Source of the DNA: Octopus bimaculoides
Lineage: Eukaryota
Direction of reading: 5' to 3'
Assembly: GCF_001194135.2 (NCBI RefSeq)
Contig: NC_068986.1
Span: 86,015,421-86,079,420, forward strand
Length of the DNA stretch: 64,000 bases
Below, one piece after another: positions 1-13,833 of the stretch. Each line of letters starts with the position of its first letter. Position 1 is the stretch's first letter. Both the position numbers and the translations under genes were made by a program. Under the pieces are notes generated by a model. That model saw only the letters and a list, made by a program, of their open reading frames with translations. It was not told where the DNA came from and made no database searches.

Positions 1-439
1 TAAGGATTTGGTAAAGAGCTAATAAAATGATATATAGTTTCCCAGTTCTGTACTTTACAGCTCTTTGCTGATATTCCTTGACGTTAATAAAAGAAACGCT
101 ATTAATATAATGATGCTGATATAATCTGCTCTAACCCTGTCACATTAAAAATAAAAACCTCTTAGGCTTCAAATGAAATTCATTAAATACATTCTTCTGT
201 GATAGCCGTATTTCTTCAAACCAAAAACGAAGAATTATTTTTAAATTAAGCATAGATCTGGTATCCATAGATTGAATCCATTTATCTAATAGTGAAACTT
301 ATCTCTGTTGATCACCGAACGTCAGAAAGCTGTTTATAATGTGTAGCCACAAGTGGATGGGCAAATATTGAACGAGAGGCCGAAGTAAAAATGAGAAATT
401 AGAAATCTCATTGAACCAATGTAACGGTGAGAGGAAATA

Positions 440-600
440 TTAGCCATTAACCTTAACTAATTAGAAGTGATTCCAAATAAAAGACACACAGCCATTAATC
501 CTAATTACCAATTTGGGAATCGTTCCTATAAAGCAAAGCACTGGCATAGGTCGAAAGCTAGAATGCAATTAGCCGGGGGACTTAATTAGGATAATGTTTC
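440..600. promoter_or_regulatory. Candidate enhancer: cluster of homeodomain sites
   Basis: AGCCATTAA twice (442-450, 490-498), CTAATTAG (457-464), TAATCC (496-501), CTAATTA (501-507), CAATTAG (566-572), TTAATTAG (582-589). Confidence 0.3.
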
Positions 601-1272
601 GTTAGTACTAGTAAAAGTCTGTGCTTTGTTATGAAGAACCTAATCGAGAAGGGTCATTTTGTGATTAGATTTCGCCTTAGGTAGACATTCTTGCTAATAG
701 TTCTGAAATATCTGACTGTCGTTAGAACATTCTAGGAATTTGCTTTAAATCAGCTCGCAATTTTAAATTGTGTCTGACAGAATTCTAACGGGTATCTAAG
801 TGTTATATTAATGGATAATTGTTAGGTATTGTGATGTGTACAAGGTCGACTTACCCGTACTTCGTAATTAATGATGGGCATAATAAATAAATTAACAGTA
901 GCTTTTATTGATAAACGGCCAGACGTGATAAAGCATTGGAAGCAGGCCAACTTTAATTCAACTCTCAGTAGAAGCACGCAGCGTAAATTTTAAAATGAAA
1001 CTATTACTAGAAATTACGAAATATAATAAAGTATACTGAGAAAAACTAGAACCATGTTCCAGTGCCTGTATCACTTGATATTTATCTTCCAGTGTAATCA
1101 TGATTGATGTACTTATTAATCTACGGAATATGTTTTCTTCATATAAATCATTCATGCTTTAGATTCTTTGCGATAATATTTTAATAACATCGAGGCCAAT
1201 GTTATAAGTAAAAGGAAATTTAAATAATTTACAGTGTAAACTAAAAGATAAATATTGGTTTCAAATTTTATT

Positions 1273-1435
1273 GCAAGGCCAGCAATTACATCGACTCCCA
1301 AACATGGTTGGTACTTACTTTATCGAACCCCGAACGGATGAAAGGTAAGTTCAACCTCGGTGGATTTTGAAGAACGGACGAAATGACACAAAGCATTTCA
1401 CCCGGCTACAAATGATTCTGCCAAGTCACCGTCTT
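1273..1435 (-). mobile_element. SINE family B, degenerate
   Basis: Reverse complement of GGCAGAATC...CCGAGGT..CTTTCATCC..GGGGTTCGATAAA..AGTACCA. Confidence 0.75.
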
Positions 1436-1591
1436 TCGGCATTTCATAATAATATAGCGTTGTGAGTGTTTATTGAGCGAATACGCTAAGGCTCCACGAG
1501 GCTCCGGCAGGGGGTGGTGGCGAACCCTGTACTCTTTCACCACAACTTTCTCTCACTCTTTCTTCCTTTATCTTTTGTACCTGTATTTCGA

Positions 1592-1627
<36 letters not shown>

Positions 1628-2305
1628 NNNNNNNNNNNNNNNNNNNNNNNNNNNNNNNNNNNNNNNNNNNNNNNNNNNNNNNNNNNNNNNNNNNNNNNNN
1701 NNNNNNNNNNNNNNNNNNNNNNNNNNNNNNNNNNNNNNNNNNNNNNNNNNNNNNNNNNNNNNNNNNNNNNNNNNNNNNNNNNNNNNNNNNNNNNNNNNNN
1801 NNNNNNNNNNNNNNNNNNNNNNNNNNNNNNNNNNNNNNNNNNNNNNNNNNNNNNNNNNNNNNNNNNNNNNNNNNNNNNNNNNNNNNNNNNNNNNNNNNNN
1901 NNNNNNNNNNNNNNNNNNNNNNNNNNNNNNNNNNNNNNNNNNNNNNNNNNNNNNNNNNNNNNNNNNNNNNNNNNNNNNNNNNNNNNNNNNNNNNNNNNNN
2001 NNNNNNNNNNNNNNNNNNNNNNNNNNNNNNNNNNNNNNNNNNNNNNNNNNNNNNNNNNNNNNNNNNNNNNNNNNNNNNNNNNNNNNNNNNNNNNNNNNNN
2101 NNNNNNNNNNNNNNNNNNNNNNNNNNNNNNNNNNNNNNNNNNNNNNNNNNNNNNNNNNNNNNNNNNNNNNNNNNNNNNNNNNNNNNNNNNNNNNNNNNNN
2201 NNNNNNNNNNNNNNNNNNNNNNNNNNNNNNNNNNNNNNNNNNNNNNNNNNNNNNNNNNNNNNNNNNNNNNNNNNNNNNNNNNNNNNNNNNNNNNNNNNNN
2301 NNNNN

Positions 2306-2352
<47 letters not shown>

Positions 2353-2491
2353 CATATGTATATATATGAATATGTCCATATGTGCATAAATGTATATATA
2401 ATATACATCTATGTATACGTACACAAATATATACTACGTACAATCCCTATATACATACATTTATATATATATTCATATTGATATATATATA

Positions 2492-2901
2492 CTCTTTCTC
2501 TTTACTCTTTTACTCTTTTACTTGTTTCAGTCTTTTGACTGTAGCCATGCTGGAGCACCGCCTTTAGTCGAGCAAATCGACTCCAGGACTTATTCTTTAG
2601 ATGCCTAGTAATTATTCTATCGGTCTCTTTTGCCGAACCGCTAAGTTACGGGGACATAAACACACCAGCATCGGTTGTCAAGCGATGTTGGGGGGGGACA
2701 AACACATACACACATACATATATGTATATGCATATATACGACGGTTTCTTTCAGTTTCCGTCTACCAAATTCACTCACAAGGCTTTGGTCGGCCCCTGGC
2801 TATAGTAGAAAACTCTTGCCCAAGGTGCTACGCAGTGGGACTGAACCCGGGACCGTGTCGTTGGTAAGCAAGCTACTTTCCACACAGCCACTCCTACGCC
2901 T
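2492..2901 (-). mobile_element. tRNA-derived SINE family A (octopus-type), full length
   Basis: Minus-strand head AGGAGTGGCTGTGTGG (A box) and GGTTCAGTCC (B box). Central GACGGAAACTGAAAGAA, an internal (CA/TA) tract and a (TAAAAGAG)n tail. Confidence 0.9.
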
Positions 2902-3756
2902 ATGTATATAAATACATATATATTTATATACACGCGTACGTACGCACAAACACACACACATGCATTATACACACACATGCATTATACACACACATTTATA
3001 TGTGTATGTAGAGAAAATAGATATACAGACAATCATATTGGTGTATCTGCATAGATTAATAATCACCCTGGCATATTATCGACACTTACATGTACGAAAT
3101 TATGCACAAAAACACACGGTCAGACGCATGAAGACACACACATACCATAATACCCTGATAGTACTTTTTGAACAAACCTTACAAAGCCGCAAGCATGTTT
3201 CTGTGAGAGAGGATGGCTGATAGCATCAAACTGAATGACTGCATATAAATGGCCGCTTCAATAATGGGACGATCGAGTTGAAAAGCCACAATGATGTTTC
3301 CTGACGCTGCTATATGGAAATCTGTCTAAAGCTTTACTGACTTTTGAATTTCGCTGTTTGTAATGATATCATTCCATTTCACTGGAAACTACCACGGACT
3401 TTTTGAGAAAGCTGAGCACAGAATTAACTGTAGATAATTATTCGTGTGTTAGGTGTACAGCGGGATGTGTGTATTTCTGTGAGCGAGCATGTGTGTGTCA
3501 GTATGATTTCAATTGTATTCAGTGCTTGTGACTTTGTGCGTGGTTATGGCTGTGTGTGTGCTTATGTATGAGGGCAAATGTAGGCATGTGTATGTATCTG
3601 TATACTTGTTTATGCTTTTCTATACGCATATAATTCTTTGATAATATGCATGCATACTTGTGCATATATCCTTATGTACACATGAACATATATACATATA
3701 TATATATACGTATGAATAAATATGTGTATGTATACATATACACATGCAGAAACACG

Positions 3757-3792
<36 letters not shown>

Positions 3793-6700
3793 NNNNNNNN
3801 NNNNNNNNNNNNNNNNNNNNNNNNNNNNNNNNNNNNNNNNNNNNNNNNNNNNNNNNNNNNNNNNNNNNNNNNNNNNNNNNNNNNNNNNNNNNNNNNNNNN
3901 NNNNNNNNNNNNNNNNNNNNNNNNNNNNNNNNNNNNNNNNNNNNNNNNNNNNNNNNNNNNNNNNNNNNNNNNNNNNNNNNNNNNNNNNNNNNNNNNNNNN
4001 NNNNNNNNNNNNNNNNNNNNNNNNNNNNNNNNNNNNNNNNNNNNNNNNNNNNNNNNNNNNNNNNNNNNNNNNNNNNNNNNNNNNNNNNNNNNNNNNNNNN
4101 NNNNNNNNNNNNNNNNNNNNNNNNNNNNNNNNNNNNNNNNNNNNNNNNNNNNNNNNNNNNNNNNNNNNNNNNNNNNNNNNNNNNNNNNNNNNNNNNNNNN
4201 NNNNNNNNNNNNNNNNNNNNNNNNNNNNNNNNNNNNNNNNNNNNNNNNNNNNNNNNNNNNNNNNNNNNNNNNNNNNNNNNNNNNNNNNNNNNNNNNNNNN
4301 NNNNNNNNNNNNNNNNNNNNNNNNNNNNNNNNNNNNNNNNNNNNNNNNNNNNNNNNNNNNNNNNNNNNNNNNNNNNNNNNNNNNNNATATATATATATAT
4401 ATATATACAGACATACACTTGCGTATGCCAATTAATATGAATGTAGAATTGTGTAAGCGTATGTATACGCATATACATGCAAACTAGCAGATTCATATAC
4501 ACGCAACCATATATAAAACTTAAGTGCGTATGTATTCTATTCATTTGTGTTCACTTTCATGTATAGATGTGTTATTGCATATCTTAAAGCCTTCAAGTGT
4601 TTATGTCAATATAGCTATACATATAGAAGCGGCCACCGAGCACATGCATCCGCACAGAGTAATACTTGTTCATATAGACACTCCATCATTGCCCTCATAG
4701 AATCACTTAGATATGCATAAATACATTCATACATATATACTTATATACATACATATGTACATGTATACATACATAGGTACATACATACATATATATACAC
4801 ATATATATACATATATATACCTATATATACATATATATATATATATATATANNNNNNNNNNNNNNNNNNNNNNNNNNNNNNNNNNNNNNNNNNNNNNNNN
4901 NNNNNNNNNNNNNNNNNNNNNNNNNNNNNNNNNNNNNNNNNNNNNNNNNNNNNNNNNNNNNNNNNNNNNNNNNNNNNNNNNNNNNNNNNNNNNNNNNNNN
5001 NNNNNNNNNNNNNNNNNNNNNNNNNNNNNNNNNNNNNNNNNNNNNNNNNNNNNNNNNNNNNNNNNNNNNNNNNNNNNNNNNNNNNNNNNNNNNNNNNNNN
5101 NNNNNNNNNNNNNNNNNNNNNNNNNNNNNNNNNNNNNNNNNNNNNNNNNNNNNNNNNNNNNNNNNNNNNNNNNNNNNNNNNNNNNNNNNNNNNNNNNNNN
5201 NNNNNNNNNNNNNNNNNNNNNNNNNNNNNNNNNNNNNNNNNNNNNNNNNNNNNNNNNNNNNNNNNNNNNNNNNNNNNNNNNNNNNNNNNNNNNNNNNNNN
5301 NNNNNNNNNNNNNNNNNNNNNNNNNNNNNNNNNNNNNNNNNNNNNNNNNNNNNNNNNNNNNNNNNNNNNNNNNNNNNNNNNNNNNNNNNNNNNNNNNNNN
5401 NNNNNNNNNNNNNNNNNNNNNNNNNNNNNNNNNNNNNNNNNNNNNNNNNNNNNNNNNNNNNNNNNNNNNNNNNNNNNNNNNNNNNNNNNNNNNNNNNNNN
5501 NNNNNNNNNNNNNNNNNNNNNNNNNNNNNNNNNNNNNNNNNNNNNNNNNNNNNNNNNNNNNNNNNNNNNNNNNNNNNNNNNNNNNNNNNNNNNNNNNNNN
5601 NTATATATATATATATATATATATATATCCATCTATTTATTCATATATACATACATATATGTATATACATATTCGTCCATATATATTCAAAAAGATAGAT
5701 TGAGAGATGAATAAAAAAAATTAATACACACGTAAATATCAATGCGTATACTGAAATATTTATACACACACTTATGAATGCATATATACATATTCACATG
5801 CATGTTTATACGTACGTGTATGTGCTTATATTTGTCAGTGTATGTATATAAGTATAGCTGTAGACATGCAAACACACACACACATGCACACACATATATA
5901 TTCATCTCTCATATGTTCATATATACTTCCGCACCCAAACATAAGCACACATATATAAAAATTTAAACAACACATGAATCAAGGCCATATACACACTGTT
6001 ACACAAAAACAAGAACAAACTCTTACATTAATAGGTTTGAATATATTTCAAAGAATAAGTGCCGAATAAGAGCAGACATTGAGGTGTGTAATGGAAGAGG
6101 AAGTAAAGAATGTATTCTGTGAGAAATGGCAATGCCTGAATTTAGGTTTGCAGCTATTAAATGGCCGTGCTCTATAGGTCGCTGCACTGACCTTCCTATT
6201 CAGACGTTCCATTGTGGGTTTCATGTTAGATTCCAAGTAGAATGCTGAAAGTTGCCTTTCAGACAGGCACGATTTGTTGACGGATTGATCTCTTCAAAGA
6301 ATGCATTTAAAGTCAGGCATACATATATTGATACTTACAACAAACGAACACACACACACACACATACACACACACACACACACATACACACACACACACA
6401 CACACACAAACACACACCGATGCACATATCTATGTATGTAATATCTATACATAAATGGACATGTACAAATATAAAAACATACATATCTGAATATAATTGT
6501 ACCTGTGTGTATGTGTGTATATATATATGTATACATACATACACATATATATGCATATGTATATATACGTATATAATTATATATATATATATANNNNNNN
6601 NNNNNNNNNNNNNNNNNNNNNNNNNNNNNNNNNNNNNNNNNNNNNNNNNNNNNNNNNNNNNNNNNNNNNNNNNNNNNNNNNNNNNNNNNNNNNNNNNNNN

Positions 6701-8453
6701 NNNNNNNNNNNNNNNNNNNNNNNNNNNNNNNNNNNNNNNNNNNNNNNNNNNNNNNNNNNNNNNNNNNNNNNNNNNNNNNNNNNNNNNNNNNNNNNNNNNN
6801 NNNNNNNNNNNNNNNNNNNNNNNNNNNNNNNNCGATCTATATACATAAAAACAAACATACACACATACATATATATACTGGTATACTGATAGACATATAT
6901 GTGTGGGGTGTGTAGTGTGGTGTTGTTTTGTGTAAATGTATATGTGATTATATGGAAATGCTGATAAAAGACAACTAGCTATATTTTTTCGCTACACACA
7001 TGCCCACACAATCACATATGGCACAAAATACGCACACACACACAATATTTGTTTGTATATATATGTGATCATTAACTTTGTTCAAATAAATATTTTTGTG
7101 TGTATCTTTGTTTGTGTGTGTATGTCTGAAATGAGAAAAAAGCATAATATACACTACTGGTATAAAATATGGGAATTAAAATTATGTCAAGCCAGAGATA
7201 GAATATATATTATTTGAAAGTTAGATATAGTTAGGTTTCATTCGAAAACCATAAGATGGGCTGCGAATATTACAGTTAACCTCACCCTATGCGTTAGAAT
7301 ATCAGTCATAGAGATGCTGACAGTTAAAAACAAGTTGCGAAATACTATGCTGTATTATAAGCATTATTCAGAATCATAATTTTTACTTTTAACGTATGAA
7401 ATGAGAAATAATGGTTTCTAACCTTATTAGAAATTTAAAAAATAAACTCTCGTAAAACAAACGTTATATGAAGGTAAATGATGTTACGTGACTGGGACAT
7501 GAATTAATGTTTCATGTTAGAAACATTTTAGATTTGATTCTGAATCAGATGTCACAGTAGGAAGACGTTCGACAAAATTTCTATGAGTTTGAACCTTGCC
7601 TCGTGGAAGAATATTTCCATTGAACTACAGATGTTGGTGACATCGTTATCAACCGAAAACCCAGCAATATTATTTAAGCATCATTACACGCGTGCTGCTT
7701 AATGGACGAGCGTATCTCTGAGCATTTCGTTTCATTGTTCCTGCATGATTATGTTTTTCACATGACTTAAGAAAGAAACTTAAATTTTACTTAATTTCTC
7801 TACTAATATATGTATAATTATTCATGTACTGTATTGATAGAATATAATGTATACCGGGTTTAAGGAAAGTCGAGAAATATCCTTGAACATTAAACTGTAA
7901 ATAACCAAATTTGTACCAGCACTTTCTGCGCTGAAATTATTAAATGGTAAATGGCAAATACTTTATAAGAAGGAAGCAATTGAAGTGAAATATTATATTT
8001 GTAAACAATTTTTTACTATAAAAATATTTTGACTTTTATAAACAAATTTTATCAAAAATTACATATTTGGTTCACTCTTACTAAGAAAAATATGACCAGT
8101 TCAAATGAAACACTCCCCAGGGAAAAAGATTTGAATGTTACTGAAAGCGCTCAAACTAGATGGTGTATGATATTTCTAATCGTTCTTATTTCACATCATT
8201 TTTATCTTTGCTATGATTTCAATTCACTCTGGATATAAATCCAATTTATATCAAGACAACGATATGGCTGTAATTTGTTGGTGGTGATCTTACGAAGCAG
8301 AACTTCCATCGCTAGCTCATGAATCCATTAGATTAAATGTAAATTGAACAGTACTAGGTCAATCGTTAAAATGGCCAAACTAGCTAAAGAATTTTCACTG
8401 TCATTTTCCGAAGTAGTTGTGGTTTACTGAAATTTAAATTTTCTAGATAATAC

Positions 8454-8587
8454 TTAACCCTTTGAGCCCGTAACACAGCAACAGCTGGATAGCTTATTTT
8501 TCTCTATGCTGTAGCACCGCTCTATACCGGTGGTGTGCCAGGTATATGGTGAAATACGGATCAGGAGGTCAGTGCTCAAAGGGTTAA
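8454..8587. mobile_element. piggyBac-type miniature element (126 bp plus TTAA TSDs)
   Basis: TTAA (8454-57) + CCCTTTGAGC ... GCTCAAAGGG + TTAA (8584-87). The 10-bp TIR is perfect and starts with CCC. Confidence 0.8.
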
Positions 8588-8609
8588 ATTACGATTCTGT
8601 TATCTTTTA

Positions 8610-8760
8610 CTTCTTTCAGTAATTGGACTGCGGTCATGCTGGGGCACAGTTTTGAAGGGTTGAATCGAAAGAATTGCTTCCAACGATTCATTTTCAGCCT
8701 GGTCATTATAATATCACCATTTGTCTAGCAGTGACGGGGGACAAGGACACGTGCGCGCGC
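8610..8760 (-). mobile_element. SINE family A, degenerate 3' part
   Basis: TTTCAGTAATTGGACTGCGGTCATGCTGGGGCAC...GGGGGACAA. Confidence 0.6.
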
Positions 8761-8814
8761 ATATATATATATATATACAACCTTGGCCAACAAATATTAA
8801 GCCACCTCAATGTT

Positions 8815-9000
8815 TTGGGGTTCTGCTATCTCAATGTTGAAGGCTGATCCTTTGAGTTACAGATACGATTCACATTTGCCAGCTGAGTGAATTGGAGGGA
8901 TGTGAAATAAGTGAGTTGCTCATGGACTCAACGCACCGGTAAGAATCAACGGAACGACCTTACGATCGCGAGCCACATATCCTTAACACTAAGCCACACA
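8815..9000 (-). mobile_element. tRNA-derived SINE family C, degenerate
   Basis: Minus-strand head GTGTGGCTTAGTGTTAAG (A box), followed by ...CACTCAGCTGGCAAA. Confidence 0.55.
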
Positions 9001-9170
9001 AATATACGATGGCATTCTCTCCTTTTCCGCTTTTCAAACACACTTATAGACCTTTGGCCGGCTCAGTACTATAATAGGAGACACTTGCCGCCCGATAGAA
9101 CTGACAGTGAGACTGAACTTATAACCATGCGGTTAGGAAACAAACTTCGTACCACACAGCAATGCATATA

Positions 9171-10180
9171 CAAGGTGGGGCAGAGAGGAGGGACATTTTT
9201 GAAATGCCTATTGCACAGCCCCAGAGGGAAGGACATATGTCCGACAGGTACCATTAGGTCAGTAGTGTGTTACCATTTGTTTTTCAGGTAAAGTCATTGT
9301 GCTGTGGATGATAGAGCATCGCGTGTTTGCCTACGACTATTACGTAAAGAGTGATGAGTCTGTCACAGAAGTTCAGCGTGAGTTTCGGCGCCACTTCAAC
9401 ATTCACCGAAGCTAAGCTGTTCCCACCCGTAACACAATCTTACCTTGGATCAATGTTCCTCGTACACGAGGTATACTATACGGTCCCCGGAAAATGTTGA
9501 ATACATCAGACAAGCTTTGATACGGAGTCCGAATCGTTTTGCTCGGATGCATTCCACTGAATTTGGCATCGCTAATCGATCAGTAAGGTGTATTTTGCAC
9601 GAAGACCAGCATGTCCACCCGTACAAAATGGTCATTGGGCAACAGTTGAAACTATCGTACTATGCACAGCAGCTTAGCATCGCAGGTCAGATGGAAGCAA
9701 TTTTTTAGACAAATGAAAACCTCATTTTGTTAATGAGTGATGAAGCTCAATTTCATCTCAGTGCCATGGTGAATCAACAGAACTGTCGTTATTGTGTTCT
9801 TGAAAATCCGATAGAGGTGCACGAAAGACCACTGCACAGCCCAAAAGTGACGTTCTGGTGTGCTGTTGTAAAATTTGCCGTCATTGGCCCTTACTTTTTT
9901 GAAGACAAAAATAGAAATATTGTGACTGAACTCTGAGCGTTGCATCGAGATGATAAACAACTTTTTGTGCCTGAATTACGACGAACACCTATGCCTATTC
10001 AACATGTGTGGTTTCAGCATGATGGGGCGAGGACGCACGATGCCACAGCATCAATGGACGTTCTTCACCCACTCTTCTGTGACCGCCTCATTCCAACTTG
10101 CTGACTTTCCTTGCCCCCCGCCCCTAATCCCTTGATTTGCCCATGTTTCACTATTTCCTGTGGAGAAACCTCAAGGCATG
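9171..10180 (+). mobile_element. Decayed Tc1/mariner transposon, DD41D (rosa/Visitor)-like transposase
   Basis: Starts TA|CAAGGTGGGGCAG. The broken frames give IEHRVFAYDYYVKSDESVTEVQREFRRHFNI, LHEDQHVHPYKM, MSDEAQFHLSAMVNQQNCRY, ERPLHSPKVTFWC, IGPYFFED and WFQHDGA. Multiple stops and frameshifts. The DD41D subtype is inferred from family resemblance. Confidence 0.85.
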
Positions 10181-10417
10181 AATGATAGAGCATCGCGTGT
10201 TTGCCCACGACAATTACATGAAGAGTAACGAATCTGTCACAGCAATTGAGCGTGAGTTTCGGCGCCACTTCAACATTCCGCGAACCTAAGCTGTTCCCAC
10301 CCGTAACACAATTTTACGTTGGATGAATGCACCTCGTACACGAGGTATACTAATGAATAGGAAATTAATGGGGGCGCCACGGTCCTTGGAATATGTTGAA
10401 TGCGTTAGACAAGCTTT
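10181..10417 (+). mobile_element. Second, diverged copy of the 5' part of the same transposase, running into a gap
   Basis: GATAGAGCATCGCGTGTTTGCC...GAGTTTCGGCGCCACTTCAACATT...AGACAAGCTT repeats 9310-9517. Confidence 0.85.
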
Positions 10418-10792
10418 NNNNNNNNNNNNNNNNNNNNNNNNNNNNNNNNNNNNNNNNNNNNNNNNNNNNNNNNNNNNNNNNNNNNNNNNNNNNNNNNNNN
10501 NNNNNNNNNNNNNNNNNNNNNNNNNNNNNNNNNNNNNNNNNNNNNNNNNNNNNNNNNNNNNNNNNNNNNNNNNNNNNNNNNNNNNNNNNNNNNNNNNNNN
10601 NNNNNNNNNNNNNNNNNNNNNNNNNNNNNNNNNNNNNNNNNNNNNNNNNNNNNNNNNNNNNNNNNNNNNNNNNNNNNNNNNNNNNNNNNNNNNNNNNNNN
10701 NNNNNNNNNNNNNNNNNNNNNNNNNNNNNNNNNNNNNNNNNNNNNNNNNNNNNNNNNNNNNNNNNNNNNNNNNNNNNNNNNNNNNNNNNNNN

Positions 10793-10832
<40 letters not shown>

Positions 10833-10913
10833 CGTGTAAGTGCGTGTGCGTGTGCGTGCGTGCGTGTGTGTGTATGTGTATGCGTGCGTGTGAGTGTGTG
10901 TGAGTGTGTGTGT

Positions 10914-10946
<33 letters not shown>

Positions 10947-11541
10947 TATCTGTGTGTGTCTGAGTGTATCAGATCTCTCTGACCCTTATATAACCACATT
11001 CAACGATTCCCTATCGAATTACAGAGGTCACTATATATTGTCTTCCAATTCTAGATTATATTACCGTCTGACCTGCATCGTTCATATTTCTGTTTTCATT
11101 TACTGACCCTTCAGTAATGCGCTCCTAACTCTACCAGCACTTTATATTTTGTCTCTCTGTTTTTCTATCATAAAAAGTACCAGTTTATATATGTTTCCCA
11201 CGTTCTGCCTATACACACACACACACGCGCGCGCGCGCATATATATATNNNNNNNNNNNNNNNNNNNNNNNNNNNNNNNNNNNNNNNNNNNNNNNNNNNN
11301 NNNNNNNNNNNNNNNNNNNNNNNNNNNNNNNNNNNNNNNNNNNNNNNNNNNNNNNNNNNNNNNNNNNNNNNNNNNNNNNNNNNNNNNNNNNNNNNNNNNN
11401 NNNNNNNNNNNNNNNNNNNNNNNNNNNNNNNNNNNNNNNNNNNNNNNNNNNNNNNNNNNNNNNNNNNNNNNNNNNNNNNNNNNNNNNNNNNNNNNNNNNN
11501 NNNNNNNNNATATATGTATGTATCTATCTATCTATCCAGCA

Positions 11542-11638
<97 letters not shown>

Positions 11639-11799
11639 CATACATGTGTTCTTGTTTCGTCTCCGATTCTATTATTGTCTTTATTTATTTTGGATTGTAT
11701 GTCTTTTATTCGCTATCAAAATCACTCTTTCTATATTTCCTCTTTGCACTCTCCTAAATTTATATTTGCTCATTCATCTCCCCTTTGCAATGCGTCAAC

Positions 11800-11866
<67 letters not shown>

Positions 11867-12989
11867 TCTTGTTTTCTATTCTTCGTTTCTTGGTCTCACT
11901 CTTGCTGCTGACTTTGTTATTGTTGTTGATTTTAGTATTTTTGTTGTTATTGTTGTTGTTGCTTCATATGTGCCATGAACCAGCTTAGCTATTTGATAAT
12001 CTTATCTAATTTGAAATGACCCGGGGACATTTAAGGTGTCTGAACACGTTGTCCTCTGCAAACATTCATAGCCGCTTTTTGCATATTGGACTAATATTTT
12101 CTACGTGCTTTTTTCGCGTTATAGAGTACACCCCGTCCATACGTTTCCATTTCTCACTTACTTTCCAATACACACAAACACATACACCCGCATATGCAAA
12201 TATACGCACATACACGCATACTGGCACGCACGCACGCACGCACACACTACATATCTGTAATGAACAAATAAAGAGAAAGCAAAAAGTATAAACAATACAA
12301 TGTAAAAGGAAAAAATATAAAATGCAAAGCGAAATGCATGTAAAAATTAATATATGAAGAGGGGAGAAGGGGCGAAGAGGAGAGATAGAAGAATACAATT
12401 ATAGTGAGAGAGCAAGAGTGAAGAGAAAAGAAAGAGAATGAAGTTGTGAAAGGGAATGGGAAAAGAGAAAGCAATAGGAAAGAGTATAGCAGTTGTAGAG
12501 CTGCATACCCAAACATATATTGCTTGTCATAGCACACGCTCATCATGACATGACCAGAGCGCCCCTCAGCGGCACGAGTGACGGCCATGTCAACAGAAAC
12601 GGGCGGGAAAAAAACACGGACCTTCAGACATTTTGTTTGTACTACATCTAATGTGAGCTTTTAATTTGCAAGCTAAAATCTTTACTGAGTTAGTTTGAAC
12701 TATGGCAGAGCGTAAGGGAGAAAACTGATTGACAACTTAATATTATTTCAACAAAGCAACGCATTCATGAGAGTGTGAGTGTAGTTGTGTACATGGGGGC
12801 GTCTGTATGCATTTCTGTATATGTATACATATACGTATGTTTGTATATGTGTGTGTATATAGGTTAAGCTTCATGAAATTATGAGACTCAATGAAGATAG
12901 ATGGTACTGTATGCGTAGAAATTTACAGCCACCAATGTTTATATAAATGCATACATACATATATAATTGCGTGTAACTATGTAACTGCA

Positions 12990-13058
<69 letters not shown>

Positions 13059-13278
13059 ATGTATGTATGTATGCATGTATATATATATATATACACATAT
13101 GCATGTGTGTACGCATGTATATTGCCGAAGTATATAAATATATTCCGTGTGTATGAGGCTGAAGTGGGATGTTATATGCATAAAACACTCTCGCGCGCGC
13201 ACACAACGAGGTACACATTGACACACTCACACGCGCACACACTCAGACACATGCATACATATATATATTTATATATGT

Positions 13279-13322
<44 letters not shown>

Positions 13323-13410
13323 NNNNNNNNNNNNNNNNNNNNNNNNNNNNNNNNNNNNNNNNNNNNNNNNNNNNNNNNNNNNNNNNNNNNNNNNNNNNNN
13401 NNNNNNNNNN

Positions 13411-13473
<63 letters not shown>

Positions 13474-13800
13474 ATGTATGTATGTAGGTATATATATGTG
13501 TGTGTGTGTGTATTTATACATCTGTGCGTGTATTTGTGTATATATGGTTGTGCCGCATTATTGATATGAATCTGACTTTATATACAGCCTGACACGTTCG
13601 TATTTGAGGGATCTGTGTGTGAATATTAGCAACTCCACTTTGGGTGTTTGCTTAGAGATGCATATGTTAGAGAAGAATACTTACAAGATAAATGTGAATA
13701 GGCTAGTTTGAATTTGACTGCATGCAGTGAGCTTCAGTCTGTAATTATACACAAACACAGTAAGACTCAACAATGCATATACACACACACACACACACAG

Positions 13801-13833
<33 letters not shown>

